Shown here: piece by piece, positions 53,954 to 63,596 of the stretch
Position numbering within the stretch: the first letter of the stretch is position 1
Layout of the letters: every line of letters starts with the position of its first letter
NCBI GenBank assembly: GCA_963763255.1
Contig: CAVXNW010000006.1
Coordinates: 48,670 to 112,669, forward strand
Length of the DNA stretch: 64,000 nt
Reading direction: 5' to 3'
Source: an uncultured Alphaproteobacteria bacterium
GTDB lineage: Bacteria > Pseudomonadota > Alphaproteobacteria > Rhizobiales > Xanthobacteraceae
Notes under the pieces: generated by a model
What the model was told of the DNA's origin: nothing
The model's input: only the letters and a program-made list of their open reading frames with translations
Databases searched by the model: none
Program-made: the position numbers and the translations under genes

Positions 53954-54027
53954 TTCGCTTTCCCGGCCGACGGCTACGCTTAACGCTTTCCGCAATTTAG
54001 GCTCTCAGCACGCCGTTGGAGAAGGAC

Positions 54028-54591
54028 ATGGATCTAGGGGAAGCGATCTACTCGCGCCGCGCCACGCGCGATTTCACGGCGGAGCCGGTCGACGAAAAGT
54101 CAGTGCGCGCACTGATCGACGCGGCTGTGCAGGCGCCAAGCGCGGTCAATGTCCAGCCCTGGTCGTTTTGCGTTATTCGCGACAAAAGCCTGCTTGGCAG
54201 CATATCGCGCGAATCCAAAGCTTACATGGTCCGAAATTCGCCGATCGGGCTTGTCTCGCATCATTTCAGTGAGATCCTGAATGATGAAAGCTTCGATATC
54301 TTCTATCATGCGCCCGTCCTCATCGTGATTTGCAGTACGTCGGAAATCCCGTGGGCTGTTGAAGATTGCGCGCTGGCAGCGGAAAATCTCATGCTGGCGG
54401 CGCGAGCCGCGGGCCTTGGCAGCTGCTGGATCGGCTTCGCTCAAGGCTTTCTCGGCACGCCGGATGGCAAAGCGATGATGAAGGTCCCGGCGGCCTATAA
54501 GCCCATCGCCCCCATCATTGTCGGTCACCCGAAAGCCTGGCCTGCGCCTGTTCCGCGGAAGGAACCGGAAATCCGCTGGATCGATGCGTGA
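54028..54591 (+). CDS. nitroreductase family protein
   Basis: ATG at 54028 after GGAGAAGGA. MDLGEAIYSRRATRDFT.., APSAVNVQPW and AAENLMLAARA.GLGSCWIG blocks. Confidence 0.85.
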   Translation: MDLGEAIYSRRATRDFTAEPVDEKSVRALIDAAVQAPSAVNVQPWSFCVIRDKSLLGSISRESKAYMVRNSPIGLVSHHFSEILNDESFDIFYHAPVLIVICSTSEIPWAVEDCALAAENLMLAARAAGLGSCWIGFAQGFLGTPDGKAMMKVPAAYKPIAPIIVGHPKAWPAPVPRKEPEIRWIDA

Positions 54592-54626
54592 GCATTATGC
54601 GCGCGTTGAATTTTGCGGGCACAATC

Positions 54627-54640
54627 TTGACGAGGATCAA
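54627..54640. promoter_or_regulatory. FixK/FNR-type box TTGACGAGGATCAA
   Basis: TTGA-N6-TCAA match centred about 58 bp upstream of the host-attachment-family gene ATG. Confidence 0.6.
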
Positions 54641-54691
54641 GAAGTCCGCCGGTGAATTGTCTATTCTGACTGCGCATATTGGAGACACGAC

Positions 54692-55141
54692 ATGAACAAA
54701 ATCGCCATTCCTCATGACGCTCTGGTGTTCGTCGGTGACGGGCAAAAGGCGCTCTTCCTCCGCAATGCCGGAGACGAGAAATTTCCCAATCTGAAGATTG
54801 AGCGGGTGTTCAGCGAAAACAATCCGCCCACACGCGATCAAGGTACCGATCGCCCGGGTCGCACCATGGAGAGCGCCGGCACGCATCGCCACAGCAGCAT
54901 GGAGCCGACTGACTGGCACGAGATCGAGAAGGGACGTTTCGCCGATCGCGTGGCGGCCGAGCTGGAGAAGCTGGTGCGTGACCAAAACATGCGGAAGATC
55001 GTCGTGGTCGCACCGCCACGCACGCTTGCCGAGTTACGGCATGTATTTCACGCCGACGTCAAGAAACGCATCATCGCCGAGATCGATAAGGATTTGACCA
55101 GGCATCCGGTTTCGGAGATCGAGAAACACATCCTGGCGTGA
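54692..55141 (+). CDS. host attachment protein family (release-factor-like fold) protein
   Basis: 149 aa. Pattern ..ALVFVGDGQKALFLRN.. and ..FA..VA..L......IVVVAPPRTLAELR... as in Host_attach-family proteins (assignment from memory). Confidence 0.7.
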   Translation: MNKIAIPHDALVFVGDGQKALFLRNAGDEKFPNLKIERVFSENNPPTRDQGTDRPGRTMESAGTHRHSSMEPTDWHEIEKGRFADRVAAELEKLVRDQNMRKIVVVAPPRTLAELRHVFHADVKKRIIAEIDKDLTRHPVSEIEKHILA

Positions 55142-55171
55142 GTGAAGAACGCAAGCTGAGGGGGCATTTTC

Positions 55172-55381
55172 TTGCCGTACGCCAGCAATGAAAGCTTGCC
55201 GTCCTCGGTTCGCGCGCATCTGCCCGACCATGCGCAGGACATTTATCGGGAGGCCTTCAATCACGCTTGGGCTGCGCATGCCGGTGAGGGCCGTCAGGAA
55301 CAGGCCGCCCATCGCATCGCTTGGGCCGCGGTGAAGCGATCCTATGTCAAGCTCGGCAACGATTGGGTTGTGCGCGGCTAG
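55172..55381 (+). CDS. ChaB-family protein
   Basis: 69 aa with TTG start after GAGGGGG. MPYASNESLPSSVRAHLPDHAQDIYREAFNHAW...AHRIAWAAVKRSY is the ChaB signature. Confidence 0.75.
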   Translation: MPYASNESLPSSVRAHLPDHAQDIYREAFNHAWAAHAGEGRQEQAAHRIAWAAVKRSYVKLGNDWVVRG

Positions 55382-55414
55382 GATTTGCCCCTTCGCGAAC
55401 GCGAAACTATTCTC

Positions 55415-56443
55415 CTATCCCGCGGCCTTGACGATCGCTCGCCGCACCAACGCTTCAAACAGCGGTAGCTTGTAGGCATTCTTACTGAGCGGCGTGGCGC
55501 CATCGAGCGCCGCATGTGCGGCTCGGGCGGCGGTCGTCGGATCAATCCGCTGTCCGACCAGCGCAGCTTCGGCTTTCCTGGCCCGGTGCGGCACCGGCGC
55601 GGCCGCGCCGAGAACGATGGCGGCGCGCTGGCAAACGCCGCTCGTGTCAACGTCGATCAGAGCAGCGACATCGGCAAGGGGCCAATCGAACGAATCTTTT
55701 TCCCCCTGCTTGATGTGGGCCATGCGCACGCTCTGCGACAGTCGCGGCAGATGGATTGCGGTGAGAATCTCGTGCGGTTCGAGCCCATTCTCGCGTTGCA
55801 TATCCTGCTCGACGGGGACGAAGAAGTCTTCCAGCAAGAGGCGGCGCGCGCCCCCCGCCGTGCCGGTGATCTCGACCGTCGCGCCGATCGCGACCAGTGC
55901 GGTTGCCGCAGTCGAAGGATGCACGATGGCGCAGGGCATATTGTTGAAAATCGCGTGGTACTGGTTCTCGCCGTGGACGGCAAAGCAGTGACCGCCGCCC
56001 TTGCGCAGACAGCGAAACGCGTGCGAGCGCAGATACCAGCAGCGCGGCCGCTGCAGAAGGTTGCCGCCCAAGGTCGCGACGTTGCGGATCTGCGGACTTG
56101 CCGAGCTAGCAAGCGCGTCAGCGAGTGCGGGGTAGCGCTGCCGTAAGATCGGATGCGCGGAGAGCGATGCCAATGTGACCATAGACCCGATGCGCAGTCC
56201 GCCGTCCTCCTCTTCGCCAACGGTGTCAAGGGTCGGCACCTCGCGCAGGTTTATCAGCCTGGGCGGCGCCAGCAGGCCCTCTTTGATCAGATCAAGCAGA
56301 TCGATCCCGCCGGCTTTGATGACGGATACGTCGCTCTGACCTGCAAGCTCGGGCGGCACAGCCATGGCGTGGGCGACAGTCGCGGATGCCGCCGTGGCGG
56401 CTGCGGCAATCGTTCTTGGCGTGGCGAGGTCGAAGCGGTGCAT
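55415..56443 (-). CDS. xanthine dehydrogenase family FAD-binding (medium) subunit
   Basis: 342 aa with FAD_binding_5-like blocks (VIKAGGIDLLDLIKEG, IRNVATLGGNL). Confidence 0.85.
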   Translation of the reverse strand: MHRFDLATPRTIAAAATAASATVAHAMAVPPELAGQSDVSVIKAGGIDLLDLIKEGLLAPPRLINLREVPTLDTVGEEEDGGLRIGSMVTLASLSAHPILRQRYPALADALASSASPQIRNVATLGGNLLQRPRCWYLRSHAFRCLRKGGGHCFAVHGENQYHAIFNNMPCAIVHPSTAATALVAIGATVEITGTAGGARRLLLEDFFVPVEQDMQRENGLEPHEILTAIHLPRLSQSVRMAHIKQGEKDSFDWPLADVAALIDVDTSGVCQRAAIVLGAAAPVPHRARKAEAALVGQRIDPTTAARAAHAALDGATPLSKNAYKLPLFEALVRRAIVKAAG

Positions 56444-56448
56444 GGCCG

Positions 56449-58794
56449 TCAGCTCCTTCGCGCCACTTTGCCCAGCGCCGCAAGTACAGTCGCTGGAGTC
56501 ATCGGCAGGCTGCGCAGGCGCACGCCGATGGCATTATAGACGGCGTTGGCAATTGCCGGTGCGGTAGCGATATTGGCCGGCTCGGCGACGCCATAGGCAT
56601 CGGTCGCGCTTTGGCCTTGGTAATTCTCCAACACCACGACGTCGATCTGCGGCGTCTCACGCACGCCGGCGAGCTTGTATTGTTCCAGATCGGGATTGAC
56701 CATGCGCCCCGTCGCCTGATCAAGGATGCGCTCTTCAAGCAGCGCATAGGAAACGCCCATGAGCACGCCGCCCTGCACCTGACTTTCGATTTGCCTTGGA
56801 TTCATCGGCCGGCCGCAATCTTGCACGGCGACCACGCGCTCGACGCGGATAATGCCAGTCTCAGTATCAACCGCGACTTGCGCGAATTGCACGCCGCCCA
56901 AGTCCTGCTGCGCCAGCGCGGCGTCCGCTCCGGCGCGCCGTCGAAATCCCCCATAGTCGTCGCTGCGTGAAACAATCTCTGCGACACGATCAGTGCGCAA
57001 ATGACGGGCTGCATCCTTGAAGGTTACGAAGCGCGAGGGATCGCCGTGGACGAGGATTTTGCCTTCGCGCGCGATCAAATCGTCCGGGGAAGCATTCAGC
57101 AAAAGCGATGCCTCCCGGAAAAGCTGTCGCTGGACGCGCCACGCGGCAATACGCGCCGGCGGCGTGACCGACGCTGTGGTGCGGCTGCCATAAGACGGCC
57201 CGCCAGGCGGAAATTCGGTATCACCGATACGAACGGTGATCTGGTCGGGACGAAGACCAAATGCCTCGGCGACCGTCTGCGCCAAAACAGTCGTGATGCC
57301 CGTACCGATATCCTGCACGCTGGAGAGTACCTCCACCGAGCCGTCGCGCATCACCCGCACTTCGCAAGCGGCGTTGGTCTGGACATTGGCGCCCCAAAGC
57401 GATTGCGCGACACCGAGGCCGCGCCTGATCGGGCCAGCATCCGCACCGGGCCCGTGCCGGCGCGACCAGCCGATCCGTTCGGCGCCGATCCGCCGTTCCT
57501 CGCGCCGGACCGGGCTCGGGTCAATTCGGTCGCGCAATGCCAGCGGATCGATGGCAAGCCTTTCCGCCAGTTCGTCGACGGTCTGCTCCAAGCCAAATGC
57601 TCCGGGCGTATTTCCCGGCCCTCGCATCGCGCAGCCCGGCCCTGCATTGATGAAAACGTCATGCTGGGCGCCTTCGAAATTGGGACAAGAATAAAGCGCC
57701 TCGGCATTGTTGCCGACTCCTGCGCCGACCGTGATGCCAGCGGTACCGTAGCTCACGAGCGATATCGCGGTGAGCGAACCGTCGCGCTTGGCGCCAACGC
57801 GCAAGCGCTGCCAAGTGCCGGGCCGATTGCCGGCATCCATCTGCTCCTCCTCGCGCTCAAGGAAAAGGCGCACTGGCGCCTTGGCCTGGCGCGACAGCGC
57901 GATGGCAAAATGGCCGTAATTGCCGAGCGACGACTTTGAACCAAATCCGCCGCCCATCGCGTCGACGATGACCCGGACGCGGTTGAGCGGCAAATCGAAT
58001 ACCTCGGCGATTTCGTCGCGAACACCCGCAGTAAACTGCGTCGACATGTAAACGGTGAGCCCGTCGGCTCGCCAATCAGCAACGATCGCGTGCGGCTCAA
58101 TGCAGCAATGGGTGTGGACGCTCGTGCTGTACTCGCCTTCGACGACCACGTCGGATTCGCCAAACCCCTTGGTCGGATCCCCGCGCCTCGCGATTGAAGG
58201 GCCGCGAACATTGCCATTGAGCGGCAGGTTCACCGCCGCCGGAAAGCCCGAAGGGTGTCCCGGAGGCGATGTCGCATGATCGTGAACCAAAGGGGCGGTA
58301 GACTCGCGCGCCTTGTCCATGTCGGCGACGAACGGCAGCGACTCATAGTCGACGCGAATAAGGCGCAACGCCTCTTCGGCGGCCGGCAGCGAAATAGCTG
58401 CCACGGCGACGACAGGCGCGCCGACATAGCGCAATTTTGCGCTTCTCGGATCAGCGGGATCGGCCACCGTCAGAACCGCACGCACGCCGGGATGACGGAC
58501 AGCCGCCGAGACATCGATTGAGCGCACAACGGCATGAGGGAGAGGCGAGCGTAACACGCGTCCGTGCAGCATGCCCGGAAGCGAAATGTCGACAGTGAAG
58601 CGGACGGCACCAGTGACTTTGGCGCGGCCGTTGGGCCGCGGAAAGGACTTGCCGATGACGCTAAGCTCGCTGTTCGGCGGCAGTGGCGGCGGCTCATCGG
58701 CCGGAATCTGACGCTCGACCGTGCCTAAGCCGACGCTGGCGATGCCGAAGGGAAAGCTTGCTGCCCGCAGCATTTCTGGCTTCGCCACGTTCAT
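56449..58794 (-). CDS. xanthine dehydrogenase / aldehyde oxidoreductase family molybdopterin-binding large subunit
   Basis: Start ATG at 58794 overlaps the upstream stop (ATGA). Blocks GRAKVTGAVRFTVD, GGGFGSK and AYGVAEPA. Confidence 0.9.
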   Translation of the reverse strand: MNVAKPEMLRAASFPFGIASVGLGTVERQIPADEPPPLPPNSELSVIGKSFPRPNGRAKVTGAVRFTVDISLPGMLHGRVLRSPLPHAVVRSIDVSAAVRHPGVRAVLTVADPADPRSAKLRYVGAPVVAVAAISLPAAEEALRLIRVDYESLPFVADMDKARESTAPLVHDHATSPPGHPSGFPAAVNLPLNGNVRGPSIARRGDPTKGFGESDVVVEGEYSTSVHTHCCIEPHAIVADWRADGLTVYMSTQFTAGVRDEIAEVFDLPLNRVRVIVDAMGGGFGSKSSLGNYGHFAIALSRQAKAPVRLFLEREEEQMDAGNRPGTWQRLRVGAKRDGSLTAISLVSYGTAGITVGAGVGNNAEALYSCPNFEGAQHDVFINAGPGCAMRGPGNTPGAFGLEQTVDELAERLAIDPLALRDRIDPSPVRREERRIGAERIGWSRRHGPGADAGPIRRGLGVAQSLWGANVQTNAACEVRVMRDGSVEVLSSVQDIGTGITTVLAQTVAEAFGLRPDQITVRIGDTEFPPGGPSYGSRTTASVTPPARIAAWRVQRQLFREASLLLNASPDDLIAREGKILVHGDPSRFVTFKDAARHLRTDRVAEIVSRSDDYGGFRRRAGADAALAQQDLGGVQFAQVAVDTETGIIRVERVVAVQDCGRPMNPRQIESQVQGGVLMGVSYALLEERILDQATGRMVNPDLEQYKLAGVRETPQIDVVVLENYQGQSATDAYGVAEPANIATAPAIANAVYNAIGVRLRSLPMTPATVLAALGKVARRS

Positions 58795-59399
58795 CCCCCA
58801 TGCGCTCTGGCCGCCGCGAGCGTTGCGGCGATGACATGCGGATAAGTGCCGCAACGGCAATAATGCCCGCTGATCGCGGCACGGACCTCGTCGGCGTTCG
58901 GTTCCGGGTTACGCTTCAACAAGGCCGCACAGCTCATGATCATGCCGGGCGTGCAAAATCCACATTGCAGCGCATCGTGATCGATGAAAGCTTGCTGCAC
59001 TGGATGCAGTGTTTCACCCTGCGCGAGGCCTTCGATCGTCGTAACCTCTCGTGTGCCGACATCAACGGCGAGCATCATGCAGGCGCAGATCGGCAGGCCA
59101 TCAAGCCATACGGTACAGGCCGAGCATGCGCCGCGATTGCAGGCGATCTTGGTGCCAGTCAGCCCCAATGGCCCACGCAACACTTCAGCTAGTGTTGCGC
59201 TCGCTGCGACATGCGCCGCCCGCAGCACGCCATTAACATTCAAATGAATGGTATCCGGCTGCGCACCTGCCGACGGCGCGTCGCCTGCACTGATTTCCGC
59301 TTGTGCCGTCATCGTTTGCGCTGTGTTGATCACGGTCGCTCCGGCGGTCGACACCGCGGAGCCGCGAAGAAACGACCGGCGCGACAGGTCACTCACCAC
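58791..59399 (-). CDS. [2Fe-2S]-binding small subunit with twin-arginine (Tat) signal, PaoA-like
   Basis: Probable GTG start near 59399 after GGAG gives (M)VSDLSRRSFLRGSAVSTAGA. Two 2Fe-2S motifs are present: CNRGACSACTV...C and CGFCTPGM...C.C. Confidence 0.8.
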   Translation of the reverse strand: MVSDLSRRSFLRGSAVSTAGATVINTAQTMTAQAEISAGDAPSAGAQPDTIHLNVNGVLRAAHVAASATLAEVLRGPLGLTGTKIACNRGACSACTVWLDGLPICACMMLAVDVGTREVTTIEGLAQGETLHPVQQAFIDHDALQCGFCTPGMIMSCAALLKRNPEPNADEVRAAISGHYCRCGTYPHVIAATLAAARAHGG

Positions 59400-59459
59400 G
59401 TCTCGCTCCGCCACACTTGTCGCCGCCAAAACAACTATGCGCCCGTCGCTTCGCTGGCC

Positions 59460-59473
59460 TTGATCTAGGTCAA
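59460..59473. promoter_or_regulatory. FixK/FNR-type box TTGATCTAGGTCAA upstream of the PaoABC-like operon
   Basis: TTGA-N6-TCAA match centred about 67 bp upstream of the putative GTG start of the Tat-signal Fe-S subunit. Confidence 0.55.
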
Positions 59474-59849
59474 GCCAGCCGAGGCGAAACGTCGAATGTC
59501 TTCCGGGCGATCCGATCTTCTGACATTGGATCAAAGCGGGCGGCCACCGCCGCCAGCATAAGAATTGCGGCCGCTTATGGAGGTGAGCGAATGCACGTTC
59601 CGTTGTCTCTGCGATCAAGCAAAGCGCCCAGGCCCGCGATTGTGCGCCGCGCAACAAAAACCCGTCGCAATGTGACGGACAAGCAACAAGCTGAGCTCCG
59701 CCGCCACATCGCGGGGAATCGACGGCCGTTTGATCTTCGTCAAAGCATGCTCTCCCTCAACACGAAAGACTGCAATCAGCCGGGCTTGGGTCTCGGAGTT
59801 GCGCATGCATGGTCCATTCGGAGAAATGCCAACGCAAAGGAGGGAAACG

Positions 59850-60002
59850 ATGCGCGCGCTCGCGTGGAATGGAAATGGCCTCACGACGAAGCTCCTTTGG
59901 GGCGCGATCGCTCTCCTTGGCGCAGTTTCGCTGGCCATCGTTGCACTCAGCCGCGGCGAAGCGGTCAATGCTGCATGGCTGGTCATAGCATCGGTGTGCA
60001 TC
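59850..60002 (+). pseudogene. cstA: carbon starvation protein CstA remnant: first ~51 codons with intact RBS
   Basis: AAGGAGGGA RBS then [51 protein letters not shown]. This matches the conserved CstA N-terminus (..ALNRGE.INA.W.V.ASVCIY..). Similarity stops abruptly at 60002. Confidence 0.7.
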
Positions 60003-60004
60003 TC

Positions 60005-60115
60005 GGCGCCGGCAATGACGACGCCGGCGAGAATCCACAGCGTACCGGGCAGGTAGCCCATTTGCGCGGCCAGCACCGGACCAACCAGCGGTCCCGCACC
60101 TGCTTGCCCAGCAAT
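60005..60115 (-). pseudogene. cstA: inverted internal fragment of cstA (conserved [33 protein letters not shown] block)
   Basis: The minus-strand translation [37 protein letters not shown] is a hallmark CstA block. In intact genes it lies downstream of the N-terminal block on the same strand. Here it is inverted and abuts it. Confidence 0.7.
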
Positions 60116-60189
60116 TCAAAGATCCGGCGACGCTTGCGACCTAGGCGGCGCTGCGACGGTGCACTTTCCGCTTGCGACGGAAGAAAATC

Positions 60190-61197
60190 ATGGATTTGAC
60201 GACACGCTACCTGGGTCTTGAACTTAAAAATCCTATCGTAGCTTCGGCTTCGCCGCTCACCGGCAATCTCGACGCTATCCGCAGTCTGGAGGACGCCGGA
60301 GCCGCCGCCGTCGTACTGCCCTCGCTATTCGAGGAACGGATCGAGGCGGAAGCGCGCGCGCACGAGATTCTTACCGCGACGGGCCTGAAAAATACCCCCG
60401 AAGCCCACGGCTGTACGGCCGATTCTGAGGGACCCGCGCCTGAAGAATACCTCAACCTCATCAGACGAGCCGTTGCCGCCGTCGACATTCCCGTCATTGC
60501 CAGCCTCAACGGCACAACAGACGAAGGCTGGACAGGCTACGCCGAGCTGATCGAGCAAGCCGGAGCGGCAGCGCTCGAACTCAATGTCTATTTGATTCCG
60601 ACCGATTTGTCTTTGACCGGGGGCGAGGTCGAAGAGATTCATCTTGAAATTCTGCGCCAGGTCCGGCGCACGGTCGCACTGCCACTTGCGATCAAACTTA
60701 GCCCGTATTTCAGCGCGATCGGGCAGATCGCTGCGCAATTAGCTACCGCGGGAGCGGATGCTTTGGTGCTGTTCAACCGTTTCTATCAACCGGACATTGA
60801 TTTGACGCAGCTTCGGCTTCGCAATGATTTGCAGTTGAGCCACTCGAACGAAATCGGACTGCCGCTCTTGTGGATCGGCCTCCTGTCCGGGCGCGTCGAA
60901 GCCTCGCTTGCCGCAAGCACCGGCGTTGAGGATTCCGAGCAGGTAATAAAATACCTGCTGGCCGGGGCCGATGCCGTGATGACCACGGCAGCTTTGCTGC
61001 GGCACGGTCCGCGACACATAGAGAAACTTTTGAATGAAACGATGTCGTGGCTGTCAGCACGTGATATTTCGTCACTCGATGAGATTCGCGGATTGCTCAG
61101 CCAGCGCCGCTTCGCCAATCCCGACTCCTTCGGCCGAGCAAGCTATGTAAAGATCTTACGCGATTACGCCGCTCATTATCAGCGCGGAGCTGCGTAG
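60190..61197 (+). CDS. dihydroorotate dehydrogenase-like (class 1 DHOD/DPD TIM-barrel fold) protein lacking the canonical catalytic Cys/Ser motif
   Basis: Start ATG at 60190 (MDLTTRYLGLELKNPIVASASPLT). FMN-barrel blocks are present (IASLNG, LELNV, IKLSP, LFNR, GADAVM). The usual ELN-x-S-C-P-N segment reads ELNVYLIP. Confidence 0.8.
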   Translation: MDLTTRYLGLELKNPIVASASPLTGNLDAIRSLEDAGAAAVVLPSLFEERIEAEARAHEILTATGLKNTPEAHGCTADSEGPAPEEYLNLIRRAVAAVDIPVIASLNGTTDEGWTGYAELIEQAGAAALELNVYLIPTDLSLTGGEVEEIHLEILRQVRRTVALPLAIKLSPYFSAIGQIAAQLATAGADALVLFNRFYQPDIDLTQLRLRNDLQLSHSNEIGLPLLWIGLLSGRVEASLAASTGVEDSEQVIKYLLAGADAVMTTAALLRHGPRHIEKLLNETMSWLSARDISSLDEIRGLLSQRRFANPDSFGRASYVKILRDYAAHYQRGAA

Positions 61198-61283
61198 CCT
61201 GGCTGGTGAACCCGCAGACCTACAGCGATCCGTGTGGACAGTCAGTTGGTCGCGGTCCTGGCGGTAAAATAGGAGGCATGAGA

Positions 61284-61658
61284 ATGCAACGATCCTGGCT
61301 TCTGACGCTTGCAGTGTTGGGCGGCCTCGCTGCAGGCCTCCTGACCCACGCCACGGCGCAAACGCCGTCAGCGGCGCCGGGTGCCGGGCATGGTTTTCTC
61401 ATCGATAAGCATGCGGCGGCCGGGCTCAATTGCGCCGCATGCCACTCCGAAACTCCCCCATCAAAGCAGCCGGATCAAGCGGTGTGTGTCAAGTGTCACG
61501 GCACCAACGCGCAGGTTGCTACTAAGACTGCATCCGACCAGCCCAATCCCCATGCGTCGCATCTCGGCGAAGTTGCGTGCACAAGCTGCCATCACATCCA
61601 TCAGGCTTCGGTGCTTTATTGCACGCAGTGCCATAATTTCGATTTGAAGACTCCCTGA
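61284..61658 (+). CDS. periplasmic tetrahaem cytochrome c (small, cytochrome c3 / flavocytochrome N-domain-like)
   Basis: AGGAGG RBS and Sec signal MQRSWLLTLAVLGGLAAGLLTHATA. Four CxxCH motifs: CAACH, CVKCH, CTSCH, CTQCH. Confidence 0.85.
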   Translation: MQRSWLLTLAVLGGLAAGLLTHATAQTPSAAPGAGHGFLIDKHAAAGLNCAACHSETPPSKQPDQAVCVKCHGTNAQVATKTASDQPNPHASHLGEVACTSCHHIHQASVLYCTQCHNFDLKTP

Positions 61659-61735
61659 AGCATTATCGACCGCGCTGTCATCTAGTGAGAAATTCGCGGC
61701 CATCCCTGGATGACAAGTGCTTTTGATCGACCCGA

Positions 61736-63505
61736 TTAACCGGCACCGCCATCACTCGCGGCATTCTTGCCGGCGATATAGCCCTGACAGGCGGCGCGGG
61801 CGAGGCCATGCTGCGAGAATCCGCCGGCAGATTCGCCACTACAATACAGGCCAGGGATCGCGTCGGCGTTCATATCCATGACCTGGCACTTGCCGTTGAT
61901 GCGCAGTCCGGCGCGCGTGTCGTGCACGACCGGCGTTGCCCAGGCGGCATAGAACGGCGCCTTCGCGATCTTGTGCAGCGGCTTCGGCTTGCCGAAATCC
62001 TCATCGACACCAGAGTCGACGAATGAATTATAGCGCGCCACGGTTTGTTCGAGATTTTCGGACGGCATTGAGACGCGTTGATATTTCATTTTGATTTTCC
62101 CGGCGAGATCACCGAGCGAATTTGCCGAAAAAAAGAAGCCAGCCTCGGTGTCGACGTTCGGAGGGTCCGGATCCCACTTTTCCCGCGTGACCGCGTCGGC
62201 GTCGAAGACTGCCCAGATCGGACCGCCGCCATTGTGGCCGTCTCCGATTCCGGCCAGCGCCGCGTTGATGAAGTTGTTGGGATTGTATTTCTGATTCCTG
62301 GCGTTGAGGTAGCTGCCCTGCTTGTAATCCTTGATCGAGTTGTAATCGTTTGCGGTGAACTGCGGACCGGTCTCGTCATAGAAGCGCTTTCCGATCATGT
62401 TGACGAGAATGACGTCCTGCCAATTGGCGACCGACAGACCCGAGGCGCGCGCCTTGTCGAAAACGGGGCTGCCCGGCATCCACTTCAAATTGACGTAACC
62501 GTACTGGCCGCCGATCGTCCCAGCCTTGGTGAGGTTGGAACCGAATTCGCCGGTCTGATTGTAAAGCCCCCACAGTGAAGCGCCGATCGCCATGCCGGCA
62601 AGTTCACCGCTGGCGTCCTGGTTGGACCACGGCATGCCCGACAAGCCGCAATATTCCTCCGTCAGCCGCGGATCGAACATGCGACGGAAGTTGATGTTTC
62701 CAGTCGAACCGCCGGTCGCGATAATGACGGCCTTGTGGGCGCGGATGTTCAGCGTTTGACCGTCATTTTGCACCGCGATGCCGGTAACGCGCCCGGAAGC
62801 CGGCTGGTCGCGATAGATCGAGGTCATCTTATGTTCGAGCAGAATCTGCACGCCTGCCTTCCTGGCAGCGGCCTCCAGCGGGCGCATCAGCCCATTGCCC
62901 GAAGAGAGGGTCTTCTGAATCATCGGATCGGCCGGCTTGCCGGTCTGCACCATCGGCCAGTTCATGACAGCGCTGTGCACCTCTCGCGGCGCGGAATTGC
63001 CGACCGATGTGCCGCCAAACTGGTCCGGTGTCTTATCGACAAAAACGACACCATGGGCGAGCAGCCATTCAAACGTTGGCGCGCTGTTGTCGGCGAAAGC
63101 GCGAATGATCTCGCGGTCGTTATATCGGTAGTCAGGGAAGCCGTTACCTTCCACCACTGACCAGTCGGTCAAATCGCGGAACAGCAGATCCGGCGAGTCG
63201 TTGATGCCATATTTCTTCTGTACGCTGGTTCCGCCGCCGAGCGGGACATTGCCGCCACTGGTGATGGCGTGACCGCCGATATCCTTTTCGGCTTCGACCA
63301 GAATGACCGTCGCGCCGGCTTCGTGTGCCACGATAGCGGCCGGCAGGCCTGCAGCACCCGAACCGATCACAACGATATCGGCCTCGCGCTGCCACTCTGT
63401 GGGCGTGCGTGGCGCCTGCGCTAAAGCCCTATCGGGCGCTCTGACGGCAAGGCCAGCTGCGATTCCACCGCCGCTGAGCAAAAAGTCACGCCTTTTCAGG
63501 GTCAT
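61736..63505 (-). CDS. Tat-exported FAD-dependent oxidoreductase (fumarate reductase / flavocytochrome c flavin-subunit-like, FAD_binding_2)
   Basis: Start ATG at 63505 gives twin-arginine leader MTLKRRDFLLSGGGIAAGLAVRAPDRALAQA. Dinucleotide fold DIVVIGSGAAGLPAA is present and the C-terminal block is GLYCSGESAGG. No CxxCH in this protein. Confidence 0.85.
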   Translation of the reverse strand: MTLKRRDFLLSGGGIAAGLAVRAPDRALAQAPRTPTEWQREADIVVIGSGAAGLPAAIVAHEAGATVILVEAEKDIGGHAITSGGNVPLGGGTSVQKKYGINDSPDLLFRDLTDWSVVEGNGFPDYRYNDREIIRAFADNSAPTFEWLLAHGVVFVDKTPDQFGGTSVGNSAPREVHSAVMNWPMVQTGKPADPMIQKTLSSGNGLMRPLEAAARKAGVQILLEHKMTSIYRDQPASGRVTGIAVQNDGQTLNIRAHKAVIIATGGSTGNINFRRMFDPRLTEEYCGLSGMPWSNQDASGELAGMAIGASLWGLYNQTGEFGSNLTKAGTIGGQYGYVNLKWMPGSPVFDKARASGLSVANWQDVILVNMIGKRFYDETGPQFTANDYNSIKDYKQGSYLNARNQKYNPNNFINAALAGIGDGHNGGGPIWAVFDADAVTREKWDPDPPNVDTEAGFFFSANSLGDLAGKIKMKYQRVSMPSENLEQTVARYNSFVDSGVDEDFGKPKPLHKIAKAPFYAAWATPVVHDTRAGLRINGKCQVMDMNADAIPGLYCSGESAGGFSQHGLARAACQGYIAGKNAASDGGAG

Positions 63506-63596
63506 ATGGCTCTCCCTTCGGCTACGCTGGCGACGCGAGAGGCGCGCCTGATGGCCTTCGGAAGCGCGTAGTGTGCCGGGCATCAGGTGGGCGGCA

